Positions 11,227-21,966 are shown, counted from the stretch's first letter. The stretch is DNA of 64,000 nucleotides from Terriglobia bacterium (GCA_963739235.1 CAVTZY010000033.1:232226-296225); one strand, 5' to 3'. The notes: generated by a model from the letters alone, not told the origin. Numbers and translations: made by a program.

Positions 11227-12609
11227 TTACTCCGCATCCCCGTTTTCCCGGCCCGAATAAGGGATGCCCAGCTGCCTCATCTTGCGATAGAGGTTGCTGC
11301 GTTCGATCTGCAGCATCTGTGCCGCGCGGCTCACATTCCCTTTGTGCTCCATCAGTTTTTGCAGAATAAAGGCCCGTTCGAATTTTTCCCGCGCGTCCTG
11401 GAGCGACGCCGCTCCATCCGGCTCAGGCACGGCCAGGATGGTGCGCTGGAGGATTTCTTCGGGCAGGTCGTAAACGTCCAGACGCTGCTGGGGCGTCATG
11501 ATGATGAAGCGCTCCATAATGTTGCGCAGTTCACGGACGTTGCCCGGCCAGAGATAGCTTTCGAGGATCTCCAACGCCTTGCGAGTAAACGTGGGAGGTT
11601 TGCGGCCATATTTCGCCGCAAAGTCCTCCAGAAAATAGCGAGTGAGCTCCTGAATATCTTCTTTGCGTTCACGAAGCGGCGGCAGCTGAAACGGGATCAC
11701 ATTCAGGCGGTAGTATAAATCCTCGCGGAAATGGCCGGCCTCGATCTCCTTTTCGAGGTCTTTGTTGGTCGACGCGATCACGCGCACATCGACGCGCATC
11801 GAGGCGTTTCCTCCCACCGGGGTGAAGCGCTGTTCCTCCAGCACGCGCAGCACCTTGGCCTGGGTCTTCGAACTCATGTCGCCGACCTCGTCGAGAAACA
11901 GAGTCCCGCCATCTGCCTGGGAGAACTTCCCTTCCTTGTCCTCTGTGGCTCCGGTGAACGAACCTTTCACATGCCCGAACAGCTCGCTTTCGATGAGTTC
12001 TTCGGGAATGGCAGCGCAGTTCATTTCGATGAAAGGCTGATCCCGGCGATGGCTGTGCAGGTGCAGCAGATGGGCGACCAGCTCTTTGCCCGTCCCGTTT
12101 TCCCCGCAGATGAGGACGCGCCCGTTGGTCGGGGCGGCAAAAGCAATCTGCTGCCGCAGTGCCTGCATCGGCACGGAGTCGCCGATCATGACGTACTTCT
12201 GCTCAATCTGTTCGCGCAGGAGCCGGTTCTCCTCCTCCAGGCTGCGCTGGTGCAGAGCGTTCTTGACCACCAGGAGTGTCTTCTCGAGCGATAGCGGCTT
12301 CTCGACAAAGTCAAAGGCGCCGAGTTTCGTAGCGCGTACCGCCGCCTCGATGGACGCGTGGCCGGAAATCATGATCACACTAGTGGCGGGAGAGACCTTC
12401 CGGATCTGCTCGAGCACTTGAATCCCATCCATGCCGGGAAGCCAGATGTCGAGCAGCACAAGGGCGTATTCTTTTCAGGATATGCACGCAAGGCACTCCT
12501 CACCGCTCGACACGCCTTCGGCATCGAATCCGGCATCCTCCAGGATGCCTTCAAGGGAGGATTGCACACCTGTTTCATCGTCGACGATCAGGATCGCGGC
12601 ATTCGTCAT
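11227..12609 (-). pseudogene. sigma-54-dependent response regulator (NtrC/NtrX family) interrupted by an in-frame TGA at 12475-12477
   Basis: Receiver 'MTNAAILIVDDETGVQSSLEGILEDAGFDAEGVSSGEECLACIS*KEYALVLLDIWLPGMDG'. AAA+ Walker A 'GENGTGKELVA', 'ESELFGH', C-terminal Fis-type HTH. The ATG at 12609 is in frame with the 410-aa ORF. Confidence 0.85.
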
Positions 12610-12631
12610 AGCTGCCTATTTTGATCTTTCT

Positions 12632-14881
12632 TCAGGAAGACGCCAAGGGCAAATCGATTACGATTTTCGTGCCCAGGGGCGAGTTTGGTTCCGCGCGTAC
12701 CTGGCCGTGGTGATCGGAAACGACCTGGCGGACAATCGCCAATCCCAACCCTGTCCCGCCTCTACGAGTCGAGAAATAGGGGAGAAAAAGGCTGTCCTGA
12801 TACTCCTTCGGAAATCCGCGCCCGGTGTCGCTGATCTCGATACGGACCGAACGTTGTTGGGTGTTGCGGGTGGTCCGGATCTTCAGAACCTTGGCGCGCC
12901 CGCTCCCGCCGGACATCGCCTCGAGCGCATTGTCAAAAAGGTTGATGAATACCCGCTTCATCTGCTCCGCATCCAGGCGCACCAGGGGCAAGTCCGCATC
13001 GAGAATTTTTTCGATACGGACATCCTGGATGCGGCCATTATAGAGGCTCAACGCGTTTTCCAGGACCCGGTGCAAATCCGCTTCTTCCAGCCGCATCCCG
13101 GGTAGACGGGCAAACCCCGAGAATTCATCTACCAGGGTCTTGAGCGAGTCGGCCTCCTGGATGATGGTCTTCACGCATTCCTCGAGCAACTTGTCGTAGG
13201 CGGTCATCTGGGCACGCCAGGGTTCAGCCGCCGCCGCTCCTCCGGGCAGCGGGATCTGCCGGAAACGGTGCAGCATGCGCTCCGCCGAGAGCTTGATCGG
13301 CGTCAGAGGATTTTTGATCTCATGGGCCAGGCGCCTCGCGACCTCTTGCCAGGCGGCCATTTTTTCGGCTTGGAGCAACTCCGTCAGGTCATCCAGTACG
13401 ATGACCCAGCCCGTGCGCTGATCCGAGCTGTCCACGAGCGGCGTCACCGTGGTCGCCACGTGCAGAGTCTTGCCTTTGAGATTGAGTTCGAGGTCGCGAA
13501 CCACCTGCCCCAGAACGCTCGACTTGCGGAGCAGCAAACGCAGCGTGTCAAACGCCGGCCCTTTCACCACGTCCTCCAGATGCAAATCGACGCTCTGCAC
13601 GGGTGCCTCGAGCAGTTCGCTGGCGGCACGATTCATCGTGCGGATGACCTGGCTGTTGTCCAGCACTACCACCCCTGTGGGAATGGCCTGTACGATGGTC
13701 TCAATGTGGCGCCGGCGATCATCAAGCTGGACGTTGGTCGCGCGCAGGCTGCTTTGCGCTGCTTCGATACGCGCTTTGTTTTCCTGCAGGTCGGCGGTCA
13801 TACGGTTGAAAGATGCAACCAGGTTTTCCACCTCGTCAAAAGCCGCGCATTGGACGCGGTAATCGAGATTGCCGGCCGCTACCGCCGCCGCCCCTTCCGC
13901 CAGTGCCTGGATGGGAACGGTGATGCGCTTGGCAAGGTACATGGCAAACCAGGAGAAACCGAACACGATGAGCAAGGTCGACAGCGCGAATATCAGAAGG
14001 ACGGTAAAGCGCACCGCATCTCTTTCGCGCTGGAGCTCATCAAAGGCACGGAAGTCTTCAATCACGGACAGCGCCTTGAAATGGACACTCTCCGGATTCA
14101 TGGTTTCCGTAACGACGGCGCCGATGATCTGACCGCCCGGATTGCGGATGGTGGCGGTCGCCCAGGTCAACTCGCTGCGCGCATTCTTGGGTGAAACCCG
14201 TTGCCATTGGAAATCGGATTGCCCGGTCAGCGCGCGCGCCAACAGCCTGGCCAATTCGGACTTGTGCACGTCGGAGGAGACCCGCGCACCCCACTCGCCG
14301 GCGAGCTCGCCGCGCCGGTCATAGACGCGGACATCGTCAATCCGGCAGAGCCGCCGCAGCTCCGACAGGGTCTGTGCCAATTCCTTTGGCAGCGGCTTCT
14401 GTACGCCCTCATACATTCCGGCCCGTTCCGCAATAGTTGCGGCATAGCTTCGAGCCCGCTCGGACGCCTCGTTGTAATACTGCCGGGCAATATCGCTGCT
14501 GTCCTGCTGCAGCTTCGTAGCGGGTGTGCCCAGCCACCGTTCGATGGATCCCCTGACCAGCCAGAAAGCCAGAGAGAACAGCAGCGCCGCCGGCAAAAGC
14601 GACAGAACCACAAATATGCTGACCATTTTGGTCTTGAAGCGACTCCCGACCAGGCCGCTCTTGCGTTCGAAATAGAGCTTGATCAGATTGCGGCCCAGGA
14701 TCGTGGCCAGAATCAAAAGCGCCAGAACCACCAGGATGGATATCGTCCACAGCTGAAACGTGCGGTACGAAAACTTCGAACTCCCAACCGACGGCAGCAT
14801 GTTGATCTTCTGCAGGGCAGTCAGGACCAAAACTAGAAACAAGACAAGAAATGCAATCGTGGCCAGCACGTAGCGGCGCAT
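12632..14881 (-). CDS. sensor histidine kinase, NtrY-like (TM-HAMP-PAS-HisKA-HATPase)
   Basis: 749-aa ORF. N-terminal TM segments, H-box 'AHEIKNPLTPIKLSAERM', G-box 'GTGLGLAIV'. Lies immediately upstream of the regulator on the same strand. Confidence 0.88.
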   Translation of the reverse strand: MRRYVLATIAFLVLFLVLVLTALQKINMLPSVGSSKFSYRTFQLWTISILVVLALLILATILGRNLIKLYFERKSGLVGSRFKTKMVSIFVVLSLLPAALLFSLAFWLVRGSIERWLGTPATKLQQDSSDIARQYYNEASERARSYAATIAERAGMYEGVQKPLPKELAQTLSELRRLCRIDDVRVYDRRGELAGEWGARVSSDVHKSELARLLARALTGQSDFQWQRVSPKNARSELTWATATIRNPGGQIIGAVVTETMNPESVHFKALSVIEDFRAFDELQRERDAVRFTVLLIFALSTLLIVFGFSWFAMYLAKRITVPIQALAEGAAAVAAGNLDYRVQCAAFDEVENLVASFNRMTADLQENKARIEAAQSSLRATNVQLDDRRRHIETIVQAIPTGVVVLDNSQVIRTMNRAASELLEAPVQSVDLHLEDVVKGPAFDTLRLLLRKSSVLGQVVRDLELNLKGKTLHVATTVTPLVDSSDQRTGWVIVLDDLTELLQAEKMAAWQEVARRLAHEIKNPLTPIKLSAERMLHRFRQIPLPGGAAAAEPWRAQMTAYDKLLEECVKTIIQEADSLKTLVDEFSGFARLPGMRLEEADLHRVLENALSLYNGRIQDVRIEKILDADLPLVRLDAEQMKRVFINLFDNALEAMSGGSGRAKVLKIRTTRNTQQRSVRIEISDTGRGFPKEYQDSLFLPYFSTRRGGTGLGLAIVRQVVSDHHGQVRAEPNSPLGTKIVIDLPLASS

Positions 14882-15000
14882 TCGAGAGGTTCTCCTATCC
14901 GGTTAGGTAAAGCGCGGGCTCGCTCATGAAGGGGATCCCTGGCTGAATAACCAATTATATGACAACCTCTTTGGAAGCGCAAAGATGCAACCGATTTGCA

Positions 15001-15175
15001 CTGCGATTCAGACAGTAAAAGCTAACAGCAGCCACGAATGGCACGAATAACTGAGAGTTTCTTTGCTCAATGAACGACGCACCCGTCGCAAGAGGCTCTG
15101 CGTTGAAGGTTTGGCTGCGGCTATGCCGCTTCGTGCCATTCGTGGCCAGGTCTTTTCCCCCTGTCTGAATCGCAG
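15001..15175. repeat. Family-A inverted-repeat element, copy 3
   Basis: 'ctgcgattcagacagtaaaagc..gcagccacgaatggcacgaata' ... 'cttcgtgccattcgtggcc..ctgtctgaatcgcag'. Confidence 0.8.
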
Positions 15176-15246
15176 AATTCGTCAGATGGGGATTGACGCT
15201 CGCGCAGGAAAATATTAGATTCCCAGACTAATCCATAGGAGATCCA

Positions 15247-16209
15247 GTGAAAGTACTCATTACGGGTGGTGCAGGCTTTATCGGTTCTTATCTTTCGGAG
15301 GCGTATCTTGAGCGCGACCAGGAGGTTTATGTTATCGATGATCTCTCCACCGGCAGGCTGGAGAATATCAAACATCTTCTGAAAAATCCCAGCTTCCATT
15401 TCGTAAACGACACCATCCTCCACCGCGAGGTTATGCTCGAGTTGACGGGGATCTGCGATGTGGTCGTACACCTGGCTGCAGCCGTGGGGGTCAAGCTCAT
15501 CATCGACGAGCCGCTCAAATCCATCCATACCAACATCGCGGGTACGGAAATGGTCCTCGAACTGGCGAACAAGTTTCGCAAGAAGACCTTCCTGGCTTCG
15601 ACCTCCGAAGTTTATGGTCGGAATTCCAAAGTGCCCTTGTCTGAAGACGACGAGCGCATCTATGGCTCTACCGCGGTGGCGCGCTGGAGCTACGCTTCGA
15701 CCAAAGCCATGGATGAATTCCTGGCGCTGGCATATTACCGCAATAAACAGCTTCCTGTGATTGTGGCTCGTTTCTTCAATACCGTCGGTCCCCGCCAGAC
15801 CGGCCGCTACGGCATGGTCGTGCCGCGCTTCGTGGGGCAGGCGCTGCGCAACGAGCCGCTGACCATCTACGGTACCGGCGAGCAAACCCGTACCTTTACC
15901 TACGTAGGGGATGTGGTGCAGGGAGCGATCGCATTGATTGACGAGCCGCGCGCGGTGGGCGAAATCTTCAACATCGGTGGCGACGAGGAGATTTCCATCA
16001 ACGATCTGGCCAACCGCGTCAAGAGTCTGACCGGCAGCTCATCGCCGATTGAATATATTCCTTACGAGCGGGCCTACCAGGAAGGGTTCGAGGACATGGA
16101 ACGCCGCGTGCCCGATATCAGCAAACTCAAGAGAGTCGTGGGTTACAAAAACACCCATGACCTGGACTCCATGCTCGCTAAAATCATCGAGCACGAGCGC
16201 ACCCGCTGA
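15247..16209 (+). CDS. NAD-dependent sugar-nucleotide epimerase/dehydratase (extended SDR)
   Basis: Rossmann motif 'ITGGAGFIGS' and catalytic 'YASTK'. 320 aa. Confidence 0.85.
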   Translation: MKVLITGGAGFIGSYLSEAYLERDQEVYVIDDLSTGRLENIKHLLKNPSFHFVNDTILHREVMLELTGICDVVVHLAAAVGVKLIIDEPLKSIHTNIAGTEMVLELANKFRKKTFLASTSEVYGRNSKVPLSEDDERIYGSTAVARWSYASTKAMDEFLALAYYRNKQLPVIVARFFNTVGPRQTGRYGMVVPRFVGQALRNEPLTIYGTGEQTRTFTYVGDVVQGAIALIDEPRAVGEIFNIGGDEEISINDLANRVKSLTGSSSPIEYIPYERAYQEGFEDMERRVPDISKLKRVVGYKNTHDLDSMLAKIIEHERTR

Positions 16210-16345
16210 GATAATGGCGGACAAGAGATCATGCCGGTTTCCCAATCGTTCGGGAAGGGAGTGCGTGATGCGTGGGCAAGCGGGCCGTCCGTTTTCTCAT
16301 TTTGCGCGGCAACGGGATTGACCGGATCTGAAACCGATTATTGCA

Positions 16346-17254
16346 ATGCAGAACATCTCTTGTTATGTCTGCGGCAGCAGGAACACGGGCGATTTCTGTG
16401 CGGCCCGCGATCGGCATGGAAGCGGAATCTGGCAGATTGAGCGCTGCCGGGATTGCAGTTTCGGATGGACCTCGCCGGCACTTGCAGAAGACCAGATCGC
16501 CTCCTACTACCCGACCGCCTATCTTGGGGACACCCGCAAGACCCTGGACGACTTTTTTTCCGGCCGGCTCGCCCACAGCCGATCCTGGCGCGGCGAGTTG
16601 GAGAAAGCCCGGCTGGTGGAACGCTATATCGGTCGCGGCAAAATCCTGGATGTCGGCTGCGGCGACGGCAAGTTCTTATGGGCCCTCGACCCGCAGCGCT
16701 GGGACAGAAGCGGGATCGAGACCTCGCGGGATACAATTGCCATTGTCACTCAACGCATGCCTTCGCTCCATCTCGTGGCAGGCGACATCTATGCCGCAAG
16801 CCTCGTAGCAGCATCCTATGAAGCCATTACCTTCTGGCACGTCCTAGAGCACCTGCCTGACCCAAGGAAGGTACTGAACCGTGTGTTCAACCTCCTGAGG
16901 CCCGGCGGGTGGCTCTTTATCTCCTTGCCCAATCTGGAGAGCATGCAAGCACACTTGTTCCGGGCGTATTGGTATCCGTTCGGAGATGTTCCCCGCCACA
17001 TTTGCCATTTTTCCAGGAAGTCGCTGGATTTGCTGCTGATAGAAGCAGGCATGACGGTTCGAGTGCATCGTCTCTTCTCCCCGCACGTCAATTTCCATTC
17101 ACTGAAGCACAGCCTGCTCGAGTGGTCGGAAAAAGTTCTGGGCAGCCGCATCCCCTACTATATGCTGAAGCCGTTGCTTTTCGCGTTTCCTCTCCTTGAA
17201 CGCTGCACGGGGAAATACGGCATCCTCACCGCCATTGCACAAAAACCGAAATAG
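16346..17254 (+). CDS. class I SAM-dependent methyltransferase with an N-terminal Cys-rich segment
   Basis: 'CYVCGS...CRDCSF' Zn-ribbon-like pairs and SAM motif I 'ILDVGCGDGKF'. Confidence 0.75.
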   Translation: MQNISCYVCGSRNTGDFCAARDRHGSGIWQIERCRDCSFGWTSPALAEDQIASYYPTAYLGDTRKTLDDFFSGRLAHSRSWRGELEKARLVERYIGRGKILDVGCGDGKFLWALDPQRWDRSGIETSRDTIAIVTQRMPSLHLVAGDIYAASLVAASYEAITFWHVLEHLPDPRKVLNRVFNLLRPGGWLFISLPNLESMQAHLFRAYWYPFGDVPRHICHFSRKSLDLLLIEAGMTVRVHRLFSPHVNFHSLKHSLLEWSEKVLGSRIPYYMLKPLLFAFPLLERCTGKYGILTAIAQKPK

Positions 17255-17361
17255 ACAGGCCTGTCAGGTTCTTGGGAGCGAATCGTGCTCTCCTGCATGC
17301 CATGAGATTTCGTAGAGGTGAAGCCAGAAAGCCAGCCGAATCCGAAATTAATCGACAGGGT

Positions 17362-19185
17362 TTATGGGTGTCTCCCCAATAGCTTGAGAACCCCCAGCGA
17401 CATCGATTCTGTATAGGTGATGAGCAGCACGCCTATGCCCGTGATGATCAAGAACGGAAGGATGTGCCGGTACAGGCTCGTCAGTGGCTTGTTGAAGCGG
17501 GAAGAGGAGAGAAATAGATTCAAGCCGACGGGGGGGAACAAAAATCCCATTTCCAGATTGGCCAGGAAAATCACGCCGAGATGAATCGGGTCAACATGGA
17601 ACGCCGCGCCGATCGGCGCGATCACCGGCGCGAGGATGATAATCGCGGAGTAGATCTCCAGGACGCTGCCCAGGATGAGCAAAATGACATTCAGCATCAG
17701 CAGGAACATCACCTGAGAAGGACGTTGGGCCTGCACCCAACCCAGAAGCGTATTGGTAAGTTGTATATCGACCATGTAGCCCGTCAATCCCATCGCCACG
17801 CTCAGCAATGTCAACACAGCGCCCATCAGGGTGGCGGCCTTCAAAAGAACGCCCGGCAGTTGCGAGAAGATCTTTATATCGCGGGTGATGAAGCATTCGA
17901 CGATCACAGCGTATGCCAACGCCGCAGCCGCCGTTTGCAGCATCGTGGTAAGCCCCGTGGCGAAGATGGCCACGATGAATATGGGCAGCAGCAGCTCCCA
18001 TTTTGCCGACCAGACGGAAGCGAACACCTCGCGCCACGAGAACTTCAGGTGTTCGCGTTCGCTGCGACGGCCGATCAGGATGCCATAAAGTGCCGTGAGC
18101 ACGACGAGCAACATGCCGGGCAGCAGGCCGGCAAGGTACAGGTCTCCCGCCGGCACGCTCTGGATTGAGTTGCTGGCGACGACGCTATAGAGAATAACCG
18201 GAAGACTGGGCGGGAATAGCAGGCCGAGGCTTCCTGACGCCGTCACCAAGCCAAGTGAAAATCCCTCGGAGTAACCGTCCTTGCGCAGGATAGGATAGAC
18301 AAGTCCCCCGAGCGCTATGATCGTGACGCCCGATCCTCCAGTAAAGGTCGTGAAGAGTGCGCAGACTCCAGCCACCATCACGGCGATGCCGCCCGGCATC
18401 CAGCCGAAGACGGCCCGGAAGAAGCGGACGAGGCGTTCGGCGGCGTTGCTTTCGGCCAGCACGTAGCCAGCCCCGGCGAGCAGCGGTATTGCGGGGATCG
18501 TTGGAGACGCCACGAGCCGGTAAACGTCGGCGAAGACCGTGCTGACCGGTGTGCCGTCGTGTAAGAACAGCACCATAGCAATACCAGCCATCGCGACAAA
18601 CACCGGAGCCCCAAGCAGTGCCGCGGCCAGAATCACAAGTGTCAGGGGCCATACCCTCGCCACCTGCTCCGGAGGCAGCAGGTTCAGCGCGAATGCCGCG
18701 GCGATCGCGAGCAATGCAATGCCGCGGCCCCACCACCGCTCCGAGGCCTTCCACGCGAAGACCAACGCCATCAGGCCAAGTGCGATCGGCATGATGCTCT
18801 CGCTGACCCATTCCGGAAGCCCGATGGGGAGGATCTTCGGTTCGGTCGCGTTGACCCTTACCACCTGCGCGCTGGCGTATGCCAGCACCGCCAGCACGGC
18901 GGCCGATACCGAGTAGGACAGCAGCCGGGAGAGCGTTCGCCACCTGCCCTCGCCGAAAAATTCCGTGGTCGAGAGCGTCAGATGTTTCATTTGACCGGCA
19001 GCAATAAGGCCGCCCACGAAGGCGAGCCAGATTGTCAGATGCCTGACGTAGTCAGCAGAACCTGACAAGTGAATCCCTACCAATGGCCCCACGGCATCGA
19101 TGAGCGGCAGCAGCATTGCCAGGGCCAGGGTGGCAATCAAGACGCTTTCTGCCGTGCGGCGGAATGCATTGGCAAGAGGGTTCAC
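17362..19185 (-). CDS. TRAP transporter fused small/large permease (DctQ-DctM fusion)
   Basis: 607-aa polytopic membrane ORF. Its start overlaps the stop of the upstream binding-protein gene (19182-19185). Confidence 0.8.
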   Translation of the reverse strand: MNPLANAFRRTAESVLIATLALAMLLPLIDAVGPLVGIHLSGSADYVRHLTIWLAFVGGLIAAGQMKHLTLSTTEFFGEGRWRTLSRLLSYSVSAAVLAVLAYASAQVVRVNATEPKILPIGLPEWVSESIMPIALGLMALVFAWKASERWWGRGIALLAIAAAFALNLLPPEQVARVWPLTLVILAAALLGAPVFVAMAGIAMVLFLHDGTPVSTVFADVYRLVASPTIPAIPLLAGAGYVLAESNAAERLVRFFRAVFGWMPGGIAVMVAGVCALFTTFTGGSGVTIIALGGLVYPILRKDGYSEGFSLGLVTASGSLGLLFPPSLPVILYSVVASNSIQSVPAGDLYLAGLLPGMLLVVLTALYGILIGRRSEREHLKFSWREVFASVWSAKWELLLPIFIVAIFATGLTTMLQTAAAALAYAVIVECFITRDIKIFSQLPGVLLKAATLMGAVLTLLSVAMGLTGYMVDIQLTNTLLGWVQAQRPSQVMFLLMLNVILLILGSVLEIYSAIIILAPVIAPIGAAFHVDPIHLGVIFLANLEMGFLFPPVGLNLFLSSSRFNKPLTSLYRHILPFLIITGIGVLLITYTESMSLGVLKLLGRHP

Positions 19186-20225
19186 TTTTTACCCGCCTTT
19201 TGATTGCGGTACTCGTCCCGGTATTTCAGCGCTTCGTCGTATGCGTCAGCCGGTGCGAAATCACCGCGGATTTTGCTGTTAGCCTTTTCGACGGTAGCAC
19301 TCCACTGATCGTAAGCGTTCTTATCAACCGGAACGACGTTCAGGCCGCGCGCTTTCATGGTCTGGACGTCTGTAACCCCGCCTTGGCGGATGGCGTCCTG
19401 GAGCTTCTTTCCGGTCTCTTGCTCAACCTTCAGCAGCTCAGGCTTGATTTCGGCGGGGATCCTGTCCCAGACCGCTTTCTTAATCACGGTGGCCCCCATG
19501 ACCAGCGCCCAGTTGAGATCGGTCATGTTCTTCGCGTTCTCGAAGTAGCGCATGATAACGGCAATCTGAGCCGACGACGTGAATGCCTCGTACATCCCCG
19601 TCTGGAGGCCGGTGACTAAATCAGCGGTGCTGCCGGGGCGGGGGTTGAAGCCGGCTGTCGTCCAGATCGCCAACGATTTCGGATCACCTTCCCATTGGAA
19701 AAGCTTCAGCTTCTTCAGATCTTCGGGTATGCCAACGGGCTTCTTGGTGAAGAAATGCAGCCACCCTCCATCCATCCAGTTCAGGACGATGAAGCCCTTC
19801 GATTCCATGGTGCCTTCGAGCCGCGGGCGCATCTTCGCGAGCACCGCATAGACTTCGTCATAATCCACGTACATCATTGGCACGCTGAGTGCATAGACGG
19901 ATTTGTCGATCTCGGCAATTCCGACGGAGGTAAGCACGGCCGCGTCCAGCGATCCCAGGCGCATCTTGCGCACCATGTCGGGGTCGTCCCCCTGTGTGCC
20001 CCAATACGTCTGGATGCGCACCTTTCCGCCCAACAGTTTGTTCCACTTGCTAAAGCCTTCCAACAGAATATCGCGCCATGACGAATTGTCCGGCACCAGG
20101 GAAGCCACCTTTATCGTCACCTGGGCATGGGCTGCGGGCAGGGTCAGCCACCCGGAAAATCCGACCACGAGCGCGATGTGCACAAGCAGCGAGTAATTAC
20201 TTGCGTGTTTCCTTTGAAGTTTCAT
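19182..20225 (-). CDS. TRAP transporter substrate-binding protein (DctP-like)
   Basis: Start set at the ATG at 20225 ('MKLQRKHASNYSLLVHIALVVGFSGWLTLPAAHA' signal peptide). Sits in an operon with the permease. Confidence 0.75.
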   Translation of the reverse strand: MKLQRKHASNYSLLVHIALVVGFSGWLTLPAAHAQVTIKVASLVPDNSSWRDILLEGFSKWNKLLGGKVRIQTYWGTQGDDPDMVRKMRLGSLDAAVLTSVGIAEIDKSVYALSVPMMYVDYDEVYAVLAKMRPRLEGTMESKGFIVLNWMDGGWLHFFTKKPVGIPEDLKKLKLFQWEGDPKSLAIWTTAGFNPRPGSTADLVTGLQTGMYEAFTSSAQIAVIMRYFENAKNMTDLNWALVMGATVIKKAVWDRIPAEIKPELLKVEQETGKKLQDAIRQGGVTDVQTMKARGLNVVPVDKNAYDQWSATVEKANSKIRGDFAPADAYDEALKYRDEYRNQKAGKK

Positions 20226-21201
20226 ATGCGATATCCCCATGGCTTGGCTCGGCATCTCTCGATGGCCGGGCCCATTGCGGCTTGTCGGCAAACAACTCAT
20301 CAATCCGCGCGAGCAGCCAGCGCGCGCGCCGCTGCGCCACGACGTTGGCCAGCCGCTCATCCGGGGCCTGGTTCACATCGATCTTCAGGGCTGTGTTCAA
20401 AATCTCCTGGAACTCCTTCTTATTCTGCGTTCCGACCAAGACGGACTCGGCCAGCGAGACATACGGGAACGCGCGCAGCCCCTTGGACAGGGCAACCGCA
20501 CGCTCGAAGTGCTGGCGCGCCTTCTCGTACGAGCCGCCCGCCGCTGCGTGCCCCCCTTCCCACGAAATGAAGAAATCATGAATCGCTCCCATCCCCCACG
20601 CTTCATCCAGGGCGAGCGCGCGCTGCATAATCTTCTCCATCAGCGTTTGGTCGACCGACAGTGCGGAATCTGACTTGTTGATGGCAAAGGCCGCCGCCCA
20701 TGCCGCACCTGTCCAATAGAGCACTGGGACCTGCTTTTTTGTCATCTTTGCCAGGACCGCATCGGGGTTCTTATTTAACTGATCACGGAATCCGGGGAAT
20801 TCGACCTCGATCCCGCGCATACCGTAGTCAAGAGCACGGAGATACATTTTTTTGGCCCGGCTGCGCATCTCCTTGGCACGATCAAAATCCTGGTCTTCGA
20901 CAAAATCGGCTTCCTGCTGGATGAATGCGTATGCGTACTCGGTAAATCCGCTGCATGCGGCAGTCAGGAGCCCCTTGTGCTTCGGCGCTTGCGCAATCAG
21001 GCTCTCGATGGTCTTCAGCGCGAAGGGCACAGCATCGCGCACAAGCTCCGGATCCTCGTCTCTTCCAAATGTGGAGGCGCCCTCGGACAAAGCATTTCCC
21101 AGAGAATTGATCGCAATCTTCCTGATGGAACAACCCGAGAGCATCAGCGCCAGCACACAAACGCCGTACAAACCAGTCCAACGCTTCAACATTGCCACCA
21201 T
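20197..21201 (-). CDS. TRAP-T-associated TatT-like TPR lipoprotein
   Basis: Lipobox 'LMLSGC'. 'IAINSLGNALSEG..TFGRDEDPELVRDAVPFALKTIESL' resembles the TatT component family. First gene of the TRAP operon. Confidence 0.65.
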   Translation of the reverse strand: MVAMLKRWTGLYGVCVLALMLSGCSIRKIAINSLGNALSEGASTFGRDEDPELVRDAVPFALKTIESLIAQAPKHKGLLTAACSGFTEYAYAFIQQEADFVEDQDFDRAKEMRSRAKKMYLRALDYGMRGIEVEFPGFRDQLNKNPDAVLAKMTKKQVPVLYWTGAAWAAAFAINKSDSALSVDQTLMEKIMQRALALDEAWGMGAIHDFFISWEGGHAAAGGSYEKARQHFERAVALSKGLRAFPYVSLAESVLVGTQNKKEFQEILNTALKIDVNQAPDERLANVVAQRRARWLLARIDELFADKPQWARPSRDAEPSHGDIAYETSKETRK

Positions 21202-21366
21202 AGCATCTGACCTATAAGTTTTATATCAGTACACCAGTTCATAGCGTAATCACAGCATCAAAAACGCATTTCGGCATTCACATCCTAAAGAATTATTGTC
21301 GACTCCAGCCAAAGACTGATAAGCTCGGCAACAAAACACTATTGTAATCGATTTTGGGCCAGCAGT

Positions 21367-21966
21367 ATGGATAAGGCAACCTCCAGCTTCAACCTGATCG
21401 ATCGCATCAAGAAAGGGGATAAGGAAGCACTCTCCCTGCTTTTCGAGCGGCATCGGCGCCGGCTTGCGGTGCTGGCCCACTATCGCCTGGGACCCCATAT
21501 GCGCGGAATGGTGGAAGTTGACGATATTCTTCAGGAAACCCTGCTCAAGGCCTACATGCAGTTCGACCAATTTACCTACCGCACACCCGGCAGCTTTTTG
21601 CGCTGGCTCGCGCGCATCATGGAACACGTGATCGCAGACACGGCCCGCTACCACGGCCGGCAGAAGCGTCAGGCTGCAGAGGTTCTGTCTTTGCGGTCGG
21701 AGAGCAATCCTGGCGGCCCGGAACCCGCAGATTCTAAAACTCCCAGCCGTCTCCTGGCGCAGGATGAAGGACTGCGTGCGTTGCTGAACGAGTTGGATGA
21801 GCTTCCTGACGACTACCGTGAAGTCATTCTGCTCACGAAGGTCGAGGGCTTATCTACCGGGGAGGTGGCCGAGCGGATGGGGAAATCGCGTGAAACCGTC
21901 GCCTTGCTGCTACACCGGGCGATCAAACGCTTCCGTCAGTCTCAAAACTCAAAGGGAAGGGTATGA
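21367..21966 (+). CDS. ECF-type RNA polymerase sigma factor
   Basis: Region 2 'DILQETLLKAY' and region 4 HTH 'GLSTGEVAERMGKSRETVALLLHRAIKRFR'. 199 aa. Confidence 0.88.
   Translation: MDKATSSFNLIDRIKKGDKEALSLLFERHRRRLAVLAHYRLGPHMRGMVEVDDILQETLLKAYMQFDQFTYRTPGSFLRWLARIMEHVIADTARYHGRQKRQAAEVLSLRSESNPGGPEPADSKTPSRLLAQDEGLRALLNELDELPDDYREVILLTKVEGLSTGEVAERMGKSRETVALLLHRAIKRFRQSQNSKGRV

Noticed and set aside
12475-12477. Selenocysteine or recoded TGA in the response regulator
   Set aside because: The position lies in a variable receiver loop, not at a conserved Cys. I saw no obvious SECIS-like hairpin immediately downstream, and no other in-frame TGA in the genes I examined. A nonsense mutation or a sequencing error is more parsimonious.
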